Assembly (NCBI GenBank): GCA_963715335.1
Contig: CAVQRZ010000005.1
Span: forward strand, 32,001 to 96,000
Source: an uncultured delta proteobacterium
GTDB lineage: Bacteria; Desulfobacterota; Desulfuromonadia; Desulfuromonadales; BM103
Length of the DNA: 64,000 bases
Direction of reading: 5' to 3'
Shown here: piece by piece, positions 42,618-53,500 of the stretch
Layout: each line of letters begins with the position of its first letter
Position numbering within the stretch: the first letter of the stretch is position 1
The notes under the pieces: model-generated
The model's input: only the letters and a program-made list of their open reading frames with translations
Told to the model about the DNA's origin: nothing
The model's database searches: none
Program-made: the position numbers and the translations under genes

Positions 42618-42885
42618 AATTGTAAGGCTATGGCGGAAAGAACCGTCAACAAACAATTATCATCAATTATTACAGGTGTTTAAGTGACAGAAAAGTTTAC
42701 TCTCATGATAATCGGCAGGTGCTCATGGGTGTGTCAGAACAGGCTTGTGTCACATATCTTGCCACCGTTGATGACACATTTTGTCGCCGTATTATACGAA
42801 CAACAAGAACGCAAACGACCATACATTCAGTCGTCGACCTGCTATACTGAACGTCGTTATTTTATTACCCCTAAGGAGCAATGTC

Positions 42886-43047
42886 ATGGCCGTTGTCAAA
42901 ATTCTTCTGGCTATTTTTCTTCCCCCTGTTGCAGCCTTCATGCAGGTCGGACCGACGCTGCACTTCTGGGTCAATATAGTTCTTACCCTTCTCGGCGTGT
43001 TGCCTGGTATGGTACATGCGCTCTGGCTGGTCGTCACCAAGAAATAA
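42886..43047 (+). CDS. YqaE/Pmp3 family small membrane protein
   Basis: ILLAIFLPPVA...NIVLTLLG.LPG.VHALW; AAGGAG RBS. Confidence 0.92.
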   Translation: MAVVKILLAIFLPPVAAFMQVGPTLHFWVNIVLTLLGVLPGMVHALWLVVTKK

Positions 43048-43842
43048 ATGACAGGATCATCCCAGCCTGTCGGGATATGGATCATGACATCGCTTCTCGA
43101 TCACCCACTCATCAGTGAACGCTACTTTTTTCCCCGTCCGGAGGCACCGGCACAACCATTCTGGGTCGATTGCATCGATGGGATACGTCTGGCCTGTGCG
43201 TACCAGGAAACGAATCCGACCGCGCCAACCGTTGTTCATTTCCATGGCAATGGTGAAGTCGTCGCCGATTACCTCGACGATTTTGCCGGGTTGATCAACC
43301 GGATGGGCTGCAATTGTTTTTTTGCCGAGTTTCGCGGGTACGGCGGGTCTACGGGAACGCCACAGCTTGGTAAAATGCTCGACGACGTCTTGCCAACGAT
43401 CAGGTCAATTGGCTGCGCCGAAGAAAAGATAATTTTGTTCGGACGTTCCGTCGGCTCACTCTTTGCCGTCAAGGCTGCGGAACTGTTTCCAAATGTTGCA
43501 GGAATGATCCTTGAGAGTGCTATCGCGGACCCGATTGAAAGGCTGCTGCTGCGAGTCGATCCCGGAGAAGTGGGAACAACCCCTGCTGAACTTGTAGCGG
43601 CAATCACTGATGCGGTCGATATCAGGGAGGTCATGTCTCAGTTTTCCCGACCGACCCTGATTCTGCACACGCTTCACGACGGACTGATCGACGTCAGTCA
43701 TGCCGAGAGATTGGCCGATTGGTGCGGTGGGCCAACCCGCTTGAAGGTCTTCCCGAACGGCAACCATAACAACATCATGTTCGTCAACGGGCCGCAGTAT
43801 TTCGGCCTGGTCGATGATTTTCTTGCAGCTTTCCGGGAATGA
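43048..43842 (+). CDS. Alpha/beta hydrolase
   Basis: FHGNGE, RGYGGS, GRSVG nucleophile elbow, C-terminal Asp/His; true start may be 43084. Confidence 0.88.
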   Translation: MTGSSQPVGIWIMTSLLDHPLISERYFFPRPEAPAQPFWVDCIDGIRLACAYQETNPTAPTVVHFHGNGEVVADYLDDFAGLINRMGCNCFFAEFRGYGGSTGTPQLGKMLDDVLPTIRSIGCAEEKIILFGRSVGSLFAVKAAELFPNVAGMILESAIADPIERLLLRVDPGEVGTTPAELVAAITDAVDIREVMSQFSRPTLILHTLHDGLIDVSHAERLADWCGGPTRLKVFPNGNHNNIMFVNGPQYFGLVDDFLAAFRE

Positions 43843-43845
43843 GCG

Positions 43846-44223
43846 GTGAGTTACCGGTTTCTGGCTGACCTGACCCTGGCCCTGCACCTCTGCTTTATCC
43901 TGTTCGTCCTCTTCGGTGGACTGCTCTGCCTGTTCCGAACCAGCATGATCTGGCTTCATCTGCCTGCGGTAGGGTGGGGAATCTGGGTGGAATGGACCGG
44001 TAGAACCTGCCCGTTGACCCCTCTTGAAAACCGTTTCAGGCAGTTGGCTTCCGGTCAGGGCTTTTCTGGTGGTTTCATCGAACACTACCTGATCCCGATT
44101 ATTTACCCTGACCATCTATACGCTTCATTACAATGGCTTTTGGGGACTTGTGGTTATTATCGTCAATCTCGCCGTCTACCTTTTCGTGCTAAGCAGGGTA
44201 AGGAAAAGCTCTCAACAGGTTGA
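43846..44223 (+). CDS. DUF2784-like membrane protein (possible frameshift near the 3' end)
   Basis: HLPAV.WG..VE....CPLTPLEN..R, GFIEHY..PIIYP. Confidence 0.8.
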   Translation: MSYRFLADLTLALHLCFILFVLFGGLLCLFRTSMIWLHLPAVGWGIWVEWTGRTCPLTPLENRFRQLASGQGFSGGFIEHYLIPIIYPDHLYASLQWLLGTCGYYRQSRRLPFRAKQGKEKLSTG

Positions 44224-44273
44224 CTAATGATTGCAGTGCGTTACCTTTTAGTAAAACGCGAGGAGGTTATCCC

Positions 44274-44453
44274 ATGTCTGAAAATGATTGCTCAAACCCG
44301 GAAGAACATTGCGAACTACATATGTGTCAGTTGAAAGCAACAACACTTAATGATGAGATCAACAAGCTCTACGAGAATCCGCGTTATGTCTGCGCCAACT
44401 GTGGCGCCAAGGTCAACAGGAAAGAGAATTTGTGCAGTCCGAAACCGATTTGA
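44274..44453 (+). CDS. 59-aa Cys/His-rich small protein
   Basis: GAGGAGG RBS; HMC...CANCG...NLCSP. Confidence 0.75.
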   Translation: MSENDCSNPEEHCELHMCQLKATTLNDEINKLYENPRYVCANCGAKVNRKENLCSPKPI

Positions 44454-44470
44454 ACAGTAACCAGTAATGA

Positions 44471-44506
44471 AAACAGCGCCATTGGGTACAAGGGCGCTGT
44501 TTTTTT
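44471..44506. terminator. Intrinsic terminator
   Basis: aaacagcgcc...ggcgctgttttttt between convergent genes. Confidence 0.8.
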
Positions 44507-44549
44507 GTCTCCAGACCATGTTTATAGAACGGTTCGGGGTTTGAGAAAC

Positions 44550-45470
44550 TCACTGAAGGCCAGGGGCAGAAACAAACCGGCCTTTCTGCTTATCCCAGGT
44601 ATAATTTCCGCCATCCCAGAGGTTCTCCAGGTCAACCCAGTCGATGTGTACACCGGCCATGTCTTCTATGGTAAATGAACCCTCGAGCATTTCGGCATCA
44701 TCAATTCGACCATCGGCATTTGTGTCCACCCAGTGAACAGGTGCGACAATGACAGAGCGTTCTCCCTGAATTGGAACTGCCGACTGGCTACCCTCCATGC
44801 TGGCAACGATTTCCCCCTGAAAACCTTCGCTCGACTCCAGCTTGGCTTCCGAATCAACCTCGACAAGATATACGACCCTGTCCCGGACATCACCTGCCTT
44901 GATGATCCAGCGCGCGACACCGTTCACATTATCCAGACTCGAGGCGGGTGGATGGGATTGTGTGATCTTCCACCCTTTCGGAAAATACTCCCGCAGAATC
45001 ACGCCGCCACTCTGGGTACGATGCGTCAGGCGAATCTGTACCGGGATAGTGCTTCCGGGCGCGGCATAAACCGGCAAGAGCCTTTCTGCAGTAACCATCG
45101 CAGGCGGCAGGGGTGATTGGGTCAAAAGAGAACCGATGACGAGAATAGCGAGAAGGAGCGAAACCACAAATGCCAACCAGACGAATGGCGCTTTTGCCCG
45201 TGTGGTGACTACCGAGCCTGGCTCGTCTGCGACAGGCTTAAGCAGGATATCATCGAGCTGGACTTCCAGGGCTTCAGCCAGCTTCAGGGCATTTTCCCGA
45301 CGGATGGTCGGATAGCGGTTATTCTCCCAGCGGGAGATCGTGTCGGTGGTTACACCGACCACCTTGCTGACATACAACTGGGTCAGCTGCGCGTCTTCGC
45401 GAATACGCTTGACCTCTGTTGCATCGATACAGACCTTCGATACCCTGTCTTCCAAACCAGAATGATTCAT
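44550..45470 (-). CDS. XRE-family HTH protein with TM helix and extracytoplasmic domain
   Basis: IREDAQLTQLYVSKVVGVTTDTISRWEN HTH; central TM helix; DTNADGRIDDAE EF-hand-like loop. Confidence 0.8.
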   Translation of the reverse strand: MNHSGLEDRVSKVCIDATEVKRIREDAQLTQLYVSKVVGVTTDTISRWENNRYPTIRRENALKLAEALEVQLDDILLKPVADEPGSVVTTRAKAPFVWLAFVVSLLLAILVIGSLLTQSPLPPAMVTAERLLPVYAAPGSTIPVQIRLTHRTQSGGVILREYFPKGWKITQSHPPASSLDNVNGVARWIIKAGDVRDRVVYLVEVDSEAKLESSEGFQGEIVASMEGSQSAVPIQGERSVIVAPVHWVDTNADGRIDDAEMLEGSFTIEDMAGVHIDWVDLENLWDGGNYTWDKQKGRFVSAPGLQ

Positions 45471-45701
45471 ACCGCTGAGTCTACCAAGGGATCAACTAAC
45501 AAGCAAACGCTAAAAAACCCATGTCGACCAACTAGATTTTTTGTTACATAAGACACTGAAAATACAAAGAATAAGCCCTACATCTAGCGACATACGACTC
45601 GATGTCTGATGTCATCCCCATAATATTCGGCTATAAATACATCAAACGTTGTTAAGGCAATTGTGCCGAGAACAAAACACTTTTAACTCAGGAGGAAGAA
45701 C

Positions 45702-45971
45702 ATGAAGAAACTGGTAATCATCATGATGCTGCTGGCGTTCGTCGGTGTCAATGTTGCTATCGCAGCAGACAGCTACACCTACGAGAACAAGAAGGGTAAC
45801 GTTACTTTCGACCACAAGGCTCACCAGGACAAGGTGGGTGACTGTGCCAAATGCCACCAAGGCGAGCCGGCAAAAATTGCTGTCGACAAGGAATACGCCC
45901 ACTCGACTTGCAAAGACTGCCACAAGGACATGAACGGCCCGACCAAGTGTAACGACTGCCACAAGAAGTAA
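45702..45971 (+). CDS. ppcA: Periplasmic triheme cytochrome c7 (PpcA family)
   Basis: Signal peptide, GNVTFDHKAH, CAKCH, CKDCH, GPTKCNDCH; AGGAGG RBS. Confidence 0.92.
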   Translation: MKKLVIIMMLLAFVGVNVAIAADSYTYENKKGNVTFDHKAHQDKVGDCAKCHQGEPAKIAVDKEYAHSTCKDCHKDMNGPTKCNDCHKK

Positions 45972-45992
45972 CCTTAACTTACGCAATGCTGC

Positions 45993-46024
45993 AAAAAGGC
46001 CACCGGTTTTAAGGTGGCCTTTTT
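45993..46024. terminator. Bidirectional terminator
   Basis: aaaaaggccacc-ggttttaa-ggtggccttttt. Confidence 0.85.
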
Positions 46025-46070
46025 GTTCTTTGATTCCACTCCCAGGCAGCAACGAGTCCCAACTATCTAT

Positions 46071-46988
46071 TCAGAAAATCGACAGCCTGGTCTTGGTTGT
46101 AAACAGTTCCAGAGCCTTGGTCCCTGCGTAAGAGTTCCCGGCTGAATTCAGTGCCGGCGACCACACACACAGAGACATCTGGCCCGGCACAATAGCGACG
46201 ATCCCGCCCCCTACACCGCTTTTTCCCGGCAGGCCGACACGATAGGAAAAATCGCCCGCCGCATCGTAAGTGCCACACGTCAACATAACCGCATTGATCC
46301 GTTTTGCGTGCCTCCGACTGACGATTTCACCAGAGATAGGGGAAACGCCTTGATCCGCCAGGAAAAGGCTCGCCAGGGCCAGTTCTTTGCAGTTCATCAT
46401 CACCGCGCACTGAAAAAAGTAGAAATCAAGAACGTCCTCCACACTGTGCCGAAGATTATCAAAATCCTTGAGCAGGTTGGCCAAGGCCCGGTTGCGATGT
46501 CCGGACTCGATTTCAGCTTTGTAAATGGTCTTCGAAATCTTCATCGAAGGGAGGCCCGTGACTTGTTGTAGAAATGCAAGATACGTTTCCTTGGGGTCGT
46601 CAACGTGGTCAAGGATAATATCCGCAATGACAAGGGCGCCGGCATTGATGAACGGGTTTCGGGGAATTCCGCGCTCATATTCGAGCTGCGTAAGAGCATT
46701 GAAGGGCGTGCCCGAGGGTTCCCTGCCCACCCTCTTCCAGAGCGACGTTCCAACCAGCCGGAATGCCAGCGTCAAAGCAAACAGCTTGGAGATGCTCTGG
46801 ATGGAGAACCTTTCTCCCGCGTCGCCGATCTGACAGGACTGGCCAGCGGTTGTCTGCAGAGCCATGCCGAATTTCTTGCCGGAGACTTTGGCCAGGGGCG
46901 GGATATAGTCCGGAACGGTGCCGCGACCGATCAAGGGCTGGATTTCGCGATGGATCTCATCCAGGACCTCCTGGTAATTCACTGTCAA
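46071..46988 (-). CDS. glsA: Glutaminase
   Basis: YIPPLA, FSIQSISK (SxxK), GREPSG..FN, NPFINAGA, KSGVGGG. Confidence 0.95.
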   Translation of the reverse strand: MTVNYQEVLDEIHREIQPLIGRGTVPDYIPPLAKVSGKKFGMALQTTAGQSCQIGDAGERFSIQSISKLFALTLAFRLVGTSLWKRVGREPSGTPFNALTQLEYERGIPRNPFINAGALVIADIILDHVDDPKETYLAFLQQVTGLPSMKISKTIYKAEIESGHRNRALANLLKDFDNLRHSVEDVLDFYFFQCAVMMNCKELALASLFLADQGVSPISGEIVSRRHAKRINAVMLTCGTYDAAGDFSYRVGLPGKSGVGGGIVAIVPGQMSLCVWSPALNSAGNSYAGTKALELFTTKTRLSIF

Positions 46989-47032
46989 CGTCTATACCTC
47001 CTGAAGGGCTGTCGTAGCCGTCCTTGCAACGC

Positions 47033-47908
47033 TCAGCTGATCGCAAGCACGTCAACAGAGACTTTCAACTCATGTTCACCACTACCGAAAGCCACACCTT
47101 TCAACGGTGTCACATCGGTAAAGTCGCGTCCCCAGGCGACTGTAATGTACCGCTCTCCGGGCAGCTGGTTGTTGGTCGGGTCGAAGTCGAGCCAGCCGTG
47201 TTCAGGCAGGTACGCTGAGAACCAGGCATGTGAAGCGTCGGCGCCCACCAGCCGTTCCTTGCCAGGCGGAGGCTCAGTCTCGATGTAACCGCTCACATAG
47301 CGCGCCGCGAGGCCCATGGAACGCAGGCAACCGATCGCCAGGTGGGCAAAATCCTGGCAGACACCGCTACGGTGCTCAAGAACATCTTTTAGTGGAGTCG
47401 CAATGGTGGAGAATTCCGGATCGTAATTGAATTCGTGGAAGATCCTCTGCATCAGGTCACGTACAGCATCGATCAGCGGCCGACCCGGCGAAAAAGATGG
47501 CAGGGCGTAGTCTAAAACCAGGTCATTGACAACAAGCGTAGGCGAATCGAGAACATACTGGGATGCGTCGAGGGCTTCAGCGGACCTGGCGTTACGCAAT
47601 TGTTCCCGGGCCATCTCCCAAGCAAGAATGCCGGCTTCTTCAGGCAGGCTCGCGGCATTGGTCTCGACTTCGCTGGTCGCGGTCACGATCAGTTGGTCAT
47701 GGGGCTGCTGAATGGAGAAATAAGTTGTCCGGTTACCAAAGTAATCAAAGCGTTCGTAATAATCGTATGGCTGCGGTTCGATCAGCAAGCCGGCCGAAAG
47801 GACTTTCTGCTGAGGTAAATCGCGAGGCAGGAGCCTGGCCTCATTGTAACAGAGGCCGACCCGTGCTTCGTAACTGAACTCGGTCGTATGAGTGACGCGG
47901 TATTTCAT
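47033..47908 (-). CDS. Transglutaminase-like protein
   Basis: YRVTHTT N-domain; GVCQDFAH, SHAW, FDPTN Cys-His-Asp triad. Confidence 0.92.
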   Translation of the reverse strand: MKYRVTHTTEFSYEARVGLCYNEARLLPRDLPQQKVLSAGLLIEPQPYDYYERFDYFGNRTTYFSIQQPHDQLIVTATSEVETNAASLPEEAGILAWEMAREQLRNARSAEALDASQYVLDSPTLVVNDLVLDYALPSFSPGRPLIDAVRDLMQRIFHEFNYDPEFSTIATPLKDVLEHRSGVCQDFAHLAIGCLRSMGLAARYVSGYIETEPPPGKERLVGADASHAWFSAYLPEHGWLDFDPTNNQLPGERYITVAWGRDFTDVTPLKGVAFGSGEHELKVSVDVLAIS

Positions 47909-50478
47909 ATGTCCTCATCCTGGCGTTGCGGCGACAGCTGCTGATGTGGTTGCGAATGGCTGAAATAGGTGCCGGTGAGCACGTCGGACAATTGCCAGAG
48001 GTTCTCAGTCTGCCTGGAAAGCAATTCTTCCAGCCCCTTGCAGAAGCCATCGCCCTCTTCGATTCTCGACAATTCAACAGCATCGGCCAGACGCAGGGAG
48101 GTAAAGGCTTCGAGGATAGCCCTCTCGTCTGCGCCAAGACGGTGCGACACCTGAGTGCGCGGCAATTCGGCGACGTGGCGCTGCAAGCTATCAAGCTGGA
48201 AAGCCAGAGACCTTGGGTGATGCTGGTCCATCAGAATCAGTTCGAGAACGGTGGGCAGATGCATGTACGAGTGATAACGGCGCCGGAAGGTATTCAGGCT
48301 GTCGCAGATGACCAGCACCGTCTCCATCAGCTGGCGCTTCGTCGTATCATCCATGCCGGGAACTAAGGTGGCACGCAACAGCGAAATTAATCCCAGAGCC
48401 CGTTCCAGCCGTCGACCGATGTCGAGCAGCAGCCATCCGGCTTCCCGGGTCATGCTCTCAGAAGTCAGGCCACTGAATGCAACCAGCTGCATGATCAGGT
48501 GGTCAAGGCGGTCCTGGGTACGATGGCTCCCCGTGCCAGGGTCTTCCTCGTCAACAACCCAATCCTGCCGGATCGCGTCGATGATCCTCCAGATTTCGGT
48601 CGGCCAGTGGTCCCTGACGGTCATGGCAACCTGGCCAAAGGCCTGCAGGGTCGACGTCAGGCTGCCGCTCCGGTGCGCATCCTGCAACAGGGAGCGCAGC
48701 TCAGGGCGAGGCTGCTCCAGAAGCTTTTCAGCCCCCTCATCGACAAATCCCGGGTAAGTTCCGGTCACATGGGTCAGAGCGCGCAACAGGTTGTGAAGGT
48801 AGGAGATAGGCCTCCCGCCGTTGGCATCACGCAACTCCCTCCGGAGCAGATAGATGGCCCGCAACAGGCGGGCCGTCCCCTCAGCCCTCTCGACGTAGCG
48901 GCCGGCCCAGAACAGGTTGTCCGCAGCACGGCTCGGCAGTGGCTCGATGCGAAACTGCAGGACCTGGTCTTCTTTCGGCTGCCTCCATAGGCTGACGTAT
49001 TCAACCGGTTCATTCGACAGGACCCAGGCGTCCTTGCTCAAACCGCCGGCCCGGTTGGAAACCACCAGCTCTCCTTCCCGGGCGGCAATCCGCGTCAGAC
49101 CGCCAGGCATGGCGATATAGCCATCCTCGCCGGCCACCAGGAAAGAACGAAGCACCGCGTGACGCGGCTCAACCTGACCATCAACCAGCGACGGGGCGGT
49201 CGAAAAACTGACCATTTCCTGGCCGGTGTAAAGATGCGGTTTGTGCAGAATGCGCGCGCGCAATTCGGCCTGTTCGGCTTGTGTCAATTGAGCACCAAAA
49301 ACCGAACGGTAACCCCGTGTGCGGTGAATCGTCTTTATGACCAGCTTTTCCAGATTCTCGAGAACGAACCGACGTTCATTCTCCTGACCACACCACCAGG
49401 TCGCAACCGAGGGAAGCTTGAGGTCTTCGTCAAAGAAGTGCTTCGCAATCCCTGGGAGGAACGCCAGCAGCCCAGGGTTTTCCAGCACACAACTGCCGAT
49501 CGGGTTGGCAATCGCCACGTGGCCGAGACGGGCCGACTGCATCAGTCCGGTCACGCCGAGCCGGGAGTCCTCCCGCAGTTCCAGCGGATCGCAATAGGCA
49601 TCATCGACGCGACGCAGGATCACGTCAACCTGGTGCAATCCCTCCAGAGATTTGAGCCAGACCCGCCCGTCGCGGACGCTCAGGTCATCGCCCTGGACCA
49701 ATGTATAGCCGAGGTAATTGGCAAGGTAGGCGTGTTCGAAGTAGCTCGGGCTGTAGGGCCCGGGTGTCAGGACCACGATCCGCGGGTCTTCCCGATTCTG
49801 CGGCGCAAGGCTGGCGAGACGGTCCCGGAAAGGCTGGAAGAAGCCGGCCAGCCGTCGGACATGGCAGGCACGAAAGAGCGCCGGGGCGATGCGCGTCATG
49901 ACCATGCGGTTTTCCAGCGCATAACCGGCCCCGGAAGGAGTCTGCGCACGGTCATCGATTACCCACATGCGACCGTCCGGACCACGGGCAAGGTTGGAAG
50001 AGCAGATGGTCAGTGAGCGACCACCGTTGGTGATCGACCCGACGCAGGAGCGCTGGAAACCGGCGTGGCCGAATACCAGCTCAGGCGGCAGGAGGCCTTC
50101 GAGCAAAAGCTGCTGGGGACCGTAGATATCAGCCAGAATCAGGTTGAGCAGTTCCGCCCGCTGGACCAGGCCGGCCTCTATAACCGACCACTCCTCGGCA
50201 CTGATGAACAGAGGGATCGGGTCAAGCTCCCAGGGGCGGGCCATACCGCGCAGCCCGTCGTAGATATTGAAGGTGACGCCGTTCTCACGCAGCAGGCGCT
50301 GGGCCTCCAGGTGGCGGCGTTCAAGCCCCTCCCGGCCGAGCTGGTCGAGCTCCTGCATGAGGGTTTGCCAGTGGGGGAGAATGCTCCCCTCACCGGCATA
50401 CAACTCGTCATAGGCTTCGAGCCTGGGGGCGTAATACTGGGCAATTGACTCGGAAATCTGGTTATCGGGCTGTTCCAC
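47905..50478 (-). CDS. Circularly permuted type 2 ATP-grasp fused to an alpha-E domain
   Basis: PSGAGYALENR, YFEHAYLA, PGGLTR, SKD; C-terminal SRAADNLFWAGRYVERAE. Confidence 0.9.
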   Translation of the reverse strand: MEQPDNQISESIAQYYAPRLEAYDELYAGEGSILPHWQTLMQELDQLGREGLERRHLEAQRLLRENGVTFNIYDGLRGMARPWELDPIPLFISAEEWSVIEAGLVQRAELLNLILADIYGPQQLLLEGLLPPELVFGHAGFQRSCVGSITNGGRSLTICSSNLARGPDGRMWVIDDRAQTPSGAGYALENRMVMTRIAPALFRACHVRRLAGFFQPFRDRLASLAPQNREDPRIVVLTPGPYSPSYFEHAYLANYLGYTLVQGDDLSVRDGRVWLKSLEGLHQVDVILRRVDDAYCDPLELREDSRLGVTGLMQSARLGHVAIANPIGSCVLENPGLLAFLPGIAKHFFDEDLKLPSVATWWCGQENERRFVLENLEKLVIKTIHRTRGYRSVFGAQLTQAEQAELRARILHKPHLYTGQEMVSFSTAPSLVDGQVEPRHAVLRSFLVAGEDGYIAMPGGLTRIAAREGELVVSNRAGGLSKDAWVLSNEPVEYVSLWRQPKEDQVLQFRIEPLPSRAADNLFWAGRYVERAEGTARLLRAIYLLRRELRDANGGRPISYLHNLLRALTHVTGTYPGFVDEGAEKLLEQPRPELRSLLQDAHRSGSLTSTLQAFGQVAMTVRDHWPTEIWRIIDAIRQDWVVDEEDPGTGSHRTQDRLDHLIMQLVAFSGLTSESMTREAGWLLLDIGRRLERALGLISLLRATLVPGMDDTTKRQLMETVLVICDSLNTFRRRYHSYMHLPTVLELILMDQHHPRSLAFQLDSLQRHVAELPRTQVSHRLGADERAILEAFTSLRLADAVELSRIEEGDGFCKGLEELLSRQTENLWQLSDVLTGTYFSHSQPHQQLSPQRQDEDI

Positions 50479-50526
50479 GGCAGGGGCCTCGTAGCGTCAA
50501 CATGGCATTGATTATCCTCGGCCCGA

Positions 50527-53500
50527 TTATATTCCAGGAAGGCGTCGCAAATCCACGGTATAAGGGAACTCTTCGTTCGGTTCTTCTTCAGGTGGCGTCA
50601 TCGGTCCTGTCGAACCAGTGATAGGCGTAAAAGTACCAAGTCCGACAAATGCGGGCGGGGCTGTCTGTACCGAACCCGGCTCAGCGCCAAGATCCCAGAA
50701 CCGGGTGATGCGACGGGCTTCGGCCTCAAAGGCATTGACCGGGAAGACGTCGTAACTGCGTCCTCCCGGGTGGGAGACGTGGTAGGTGCAGCCGCCGATC
50801 GCCTGGCCGCTCCAGGTGTCGACAATATTAAAGACCAGCGGCGAGTGCGGCTTGATCGTCGGATGCAGCGCCGAAGGCGGCTGCCATGCCCGGTAACGGA
50901 CGCCGACGACAAATTCGCCCTTGCGACCGGTGCTGCGCAAGGCCAGTCGCCGACCATTGCAGACCACGACGTGACGCAGTTCGGTCAGCCCATTGATCCG
51001 CAGTTGCAGCCGCTCTACAGAAGAGTCGACAAACCGGGCGGTTCCCTGGCTCCCCATCTCTTCACCAAGCACGTGCCAGGGCTCAATAGCGAAGCGCAGC
51101 TCGAGCTCCATGGCATCGATATTCACAGAACCGAAGTGCGGAAAGCGGAACTCGAGGAACGGTTCAAACCATTCCAGTTCAAACGGGTAGCCCGCCCGGT
51201 TCAGGTCAACCACTACTTCCCGCATATCCTCACGGACAAAGTGCGGCAGCAGGAACCGATCGTGGAGCTCCGTGCCCCAACGCACCAGATCGTGCTCATA
51301 GGGCTTTTCCCAGAACCAGGCCACCAGGGTACGCAGGAGCAGGTTCTGCACCAAGCTCATACGGGCGTGAGGGGGCATCTCGAAAGCACGCATTTCAACC
51401 AGGCCGAGGCGTCCCGAAGAGCTGTCGGGGGAGTAAAGCTTGTCGATGCAGAACTCGGCGCGGTGGGTGTTGCCGGTCATGTCGATCAAAAGGTTGCGCA
51501 GCAGCCGGTCAACCAGCCAGGGGGCAGGCACCTCCCCTTTCGGCATCTGCTGGAACGCGATTTCGAGTTCATAAAGCGCGTCATTGCGTGCCTCGTCGAC
51601 GCGCGGGGCCTGGCTGGTCGGGCCAATAAACATTCCGGAGAAGAGATAGGAGAGCCCCGGATGGTGCTGCCAGTAGGTGACCAGGCTGCGCAGCAGGTCG
51701 GGCCGTCGCAGCACCGGACTGTCGGCCGGGGTCGCCCCGCCGATCGTGATATGGTTGCCGCCGCCGGTTCCGGAATGGCGGCCGTCGAGCATGAACTTCT
51801 CCGTACCAAGACGGCTCTGACGGGCCTCCTCGTAGAGGATCGTGGTGTTGTCCACCAGTTCCCGCCAACTGGCCGCCGGGTGGATATTGACTTCGATGAC
51901 GCCCGGGTCAGGGGTCACAAGCAGGCGCTCCAGGCGATAGTCCCGCGGCGGCTCATAGCCTTCGATGACCACTGGCATGGACAACTCTGCAGCGGTCGCC
52001 TCAATCGTCGCTACCAGGTCCAGGTAATGTTCGAGCTTCTTCAGCGGTGCCATAAAAACATGCAGGCGGCCGTCACGAGCTTCGACGCAGAGTGCCGTGT
52101 GAGGGATCTTGATCAGAGCATCCCCGCGGCGCTCATCAGCGAGCGGTTGTTCGTGAACTTCCGGATGGGCCATCACCGGCTTTTCAACCTTGCTGTACCT
52201 TTTCGCGACTTCGCCATGGGCATCCTCAAGAACCGGCAAGGCTGCGAACTGGTCGTGCTCGGCGCTAACTTCCCGTTTCTCTGGAGCCTCCCATGGCAGT
52301 GAATCAAGCGGCAGGCGCAGGCCCATCGCTGATCCGCCCGGAATCAGGAACATCTGTCCCCGACGGAACTCCCAGGGGCCGCTGTACCAGCCGCCGCTTT
52401 TTGCGTCCCACTGTAGCGGCAGAGCATAGCCGGACGGCGTTCCGAGTCCCTTGTCCAGCAACTTGGCCAGATACTGGCGTTCAAGAGAGTCTTTGAGATC
52501 GACCTTGAGCGGGTCGACATTATCCGGCAGAGTACCCTCTTTCCACAGGTAATAGAAAACATCCTCATAGCCCGGCACCACCCGTCGCGGATCAACCCCA
52601 AGACGTCTCGCCAGTTCGCTGGCGAAGCGTTCGGCGTGCTCATGAGTTATGTCGTAACTCTTGGCAATATTGGCGAGCAACTCAGGGTTCTTCCACACCG
52701 GAACACCGTCCTTGCGCCAGAAACAGCCGTAAGCCCAGCGCGGCAGCTGTTCGCCGGGATACCATTTCCCCTGGCCGAAGTGCAGCAACCCACCACTGCT
52801 GAATGACTCACGTAGACGGCGGACCAGGTTGTTGGCCAACTCCCTTTTGTGCGGACCATCAGCCTTGGTGTTCCATTCATCACCTTCCATATCATCGATC
52901 GATACGAAAGTCGGCTCACCGCCCATGGTCAGGCGGACATCTCCGCTGGTCAGGTCGGCGTCGACCTGCTCTCCCAGAGCATCAATCCGTGCCCATTGCT
53001 CATCGCTGTAGGGTTTGGTCACCCGCGGGTCTTCGTGGATACGCTTGACGCTGTTTTCGAAATCGAAGGTCACCTCGCACTTGTCCATAGAACCTGTAAC
53101 CGGAGCCGCACTGGAGTAATGCGGTGTACAGGCCAGCGGGATATGACCTTCTCCGGCAAGCAGCCCGGAGGTCGGGTCAAGTCCGATCCAGCCTGCACCG
53201 GGGATATAGACCTCGGCCCAGGCGTGCAGATCGGTAAAATCGACCTCGGTACCGGAGGGCCCGTCGAGCGATTTCTCATCGGCAGTCAGCTGGATCAGGT
53301 AGCCCGAAACAAAACGCGCCGCCAGCCCCAGATGGCGCAGGATCTGCACCAGCAGCCAGCCCGAGTCCCGACAGGATCCGATCTTCCGTTCAAGGGTCTC
53401 TTCGGCGGTCTGTACCCCGGGCTCCATGCGCACGGAGTAATTGACCGACTCGCGGACCATCTGGTTCAGGTTGACCAGGAAATCAACGGTCGTGGTCGGT

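Noticed and set aside
45993..46024. GGCCACC/GGTGGCC hairpin as a seventh repeat copy
   Set aside because: Only the terminator stem matches; the remaining ~60 bp of the repeat is absent.
50770..52302. 510-aa plus-strand ORF (similarly 5129-6163, 17141-18043 and 60034-61068)
   Set aside because: All lie antisense to well-supported genes and have no protein-family features.
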